A stretch of DNA of 63,377 nt, filler included, from Folioceros fuciformis (lineage: Eukaryota), in NCBI GenBank assembly GCA_049999805.1. It is 6 parts of 6 records of this genome, joined end to end, with 100 filler letters (N's around TTAATTAATTAA, not from the genome) between each part and the next. Parts side by side here need not be neighbours in the genome. Positions count along the whole stretch, not along the records: positions 62,308 to 63,377 come from JBNGIO010006028.1; 5 more parts are not named here. One strand, given 5' to 3'. The translations under genes were made by a program, and so were the position numbers. A model generated the notes under the pieces. The model was not told the DNA's origin, made no database searches, and saw only the letters and a list, made by a program, of their open reading frames with translations. Shown piece after piece: positions 62,427 to 63,377 of the stretch (positions within the stretch are counted from its first letter, which is position 1; every line of letters begins with the position of its first letter).

Positions 62427-63377
62427 ATGACACGGGACAAGAGAACCCAACCTGGTAGATGTTCTCAACCACACACATCCAAGTGTGTGCATAGATGCTG
62501 TACAAATCACTGCAGTATTCCTCACTGTCACCTTTTACAAGCAATCCCTAACCACCACAGGGGTAGACAAAATAGATCACAAAACAATCATAGGTCAGTA
62601 AGTAGTCTCCTAGCACCTGTACAGTACAAAATCCAAGTGTTAGAAGAACAAGCCTACGAACAACAGTGGAAAGCAAAGATAGACTCCGTTACCCTAAAAC
62701 GGCAACTTCTTAATCTAGAGCATAGAATCAAGCAGCTGGACACACTCGTGCATACCTTATACATGAACTGTCCCTTCTCTGAAGAAAGCCCAGTCCACTC
62801 GGCACACGACCCTGTAGTATCATACATATCCTCAGATACTCCCTACAAGCCACTACCCGAACTTGTAGAGAGTGTGCTCATGAGTCTATCACGACTGATC
62901 AACCCTGAAGAAGCATAAGAAGCAAGAGGCATTGTTAGTCAGATTCTTTGGATCTGCTGTTAATGTATATACCAAAGTGACTAACTGCTAGGCTCACTTA
63001 ACAGTACCTAGTAACAATGGCCTCTAACTCCACCATCACGCAGATACATACAACCAAAGTAGAAATAAAAGACAGAGATCGCTTCAATGGTTCAGACTTT
63101 GCAGTCTGGCAGATGCGCATGGAGGCCATCCTTGAGGAACATGATCTCATGGATGTTGTCGATGGGTCACTCTCGCAGCCAACTATCCCAAATCCAGCAC
63201 CAGCAACTGGTTCACCAGCAGAGAGCATAATCTCCGCCTGGCACAGAAAGGATAAGAAGGCTCGGAGTATTCTACTCTCAGCCCTCGACAGAAATATGAT
63301 GCAACATACACAAGGACAAAAGACTTCCGCTGCTGACGAAGGGGTAACCCTACACTTGGTCAACTAACTAGCCGAGT
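62427..63377 (+). mobile_element. Copia 5' internal region: upstream ORF (62427-62918) and gag N-terminus (from 63017)
   Basis: EIKDRDRFNGSDFAVWQMRMEAILEEHDLMDVVDG...WHRKDKKARSILLSAL, preceded by a 163-aa ATG ORF on the same strand. Confidence 0.85.

Overview
Eukaryotic nuclear DNA from a draft plant assembly. Five 100-nt gaps each carry an artificial N44-TTAATTAATTAA-N44 linker. Short introns (about 80-120 nt), a PLS-class PPR gene, cyclic-nucleotide phosphodiesterase exons and a possible CEP290-like gene point to a seed-free land plant with flagellate sperm; a hornwort-like source is plausible but is inference. The first ~30 kb is gene-rich. It holds a frameshifted giant GBP/atlastin-like GTPase pseudogene, a 4.8-kb TIR-bounded MULE/SWIM transposon carrying an intron-containing legumain (VPE) gene fragment, a PPR-E+ gene, a PLAC8 gene, a solo-LTR-like insertion, a HAK/KUP K+ transporter, a multi-exon coiled-coil gene, an SMR11-like ORF and an NRP1-like gene. 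The last ~33 kb is a nest of decayed and truncated Copia and Gypsy LTR retrotransposons around two AT-rich, in-frame phosphodiesterase exons. The most notable signals are the MULE/SWIM element with its cargo, the PDE exons, an extra ORF upstream of gag in several related Copia copies, a uORF coupled to a Gypsy gag by TGATG, and a conserved hairpin plus tRNA-His-like primer site in four diverged copies. All family assignments are from motif recognition by eye; no searches were run.
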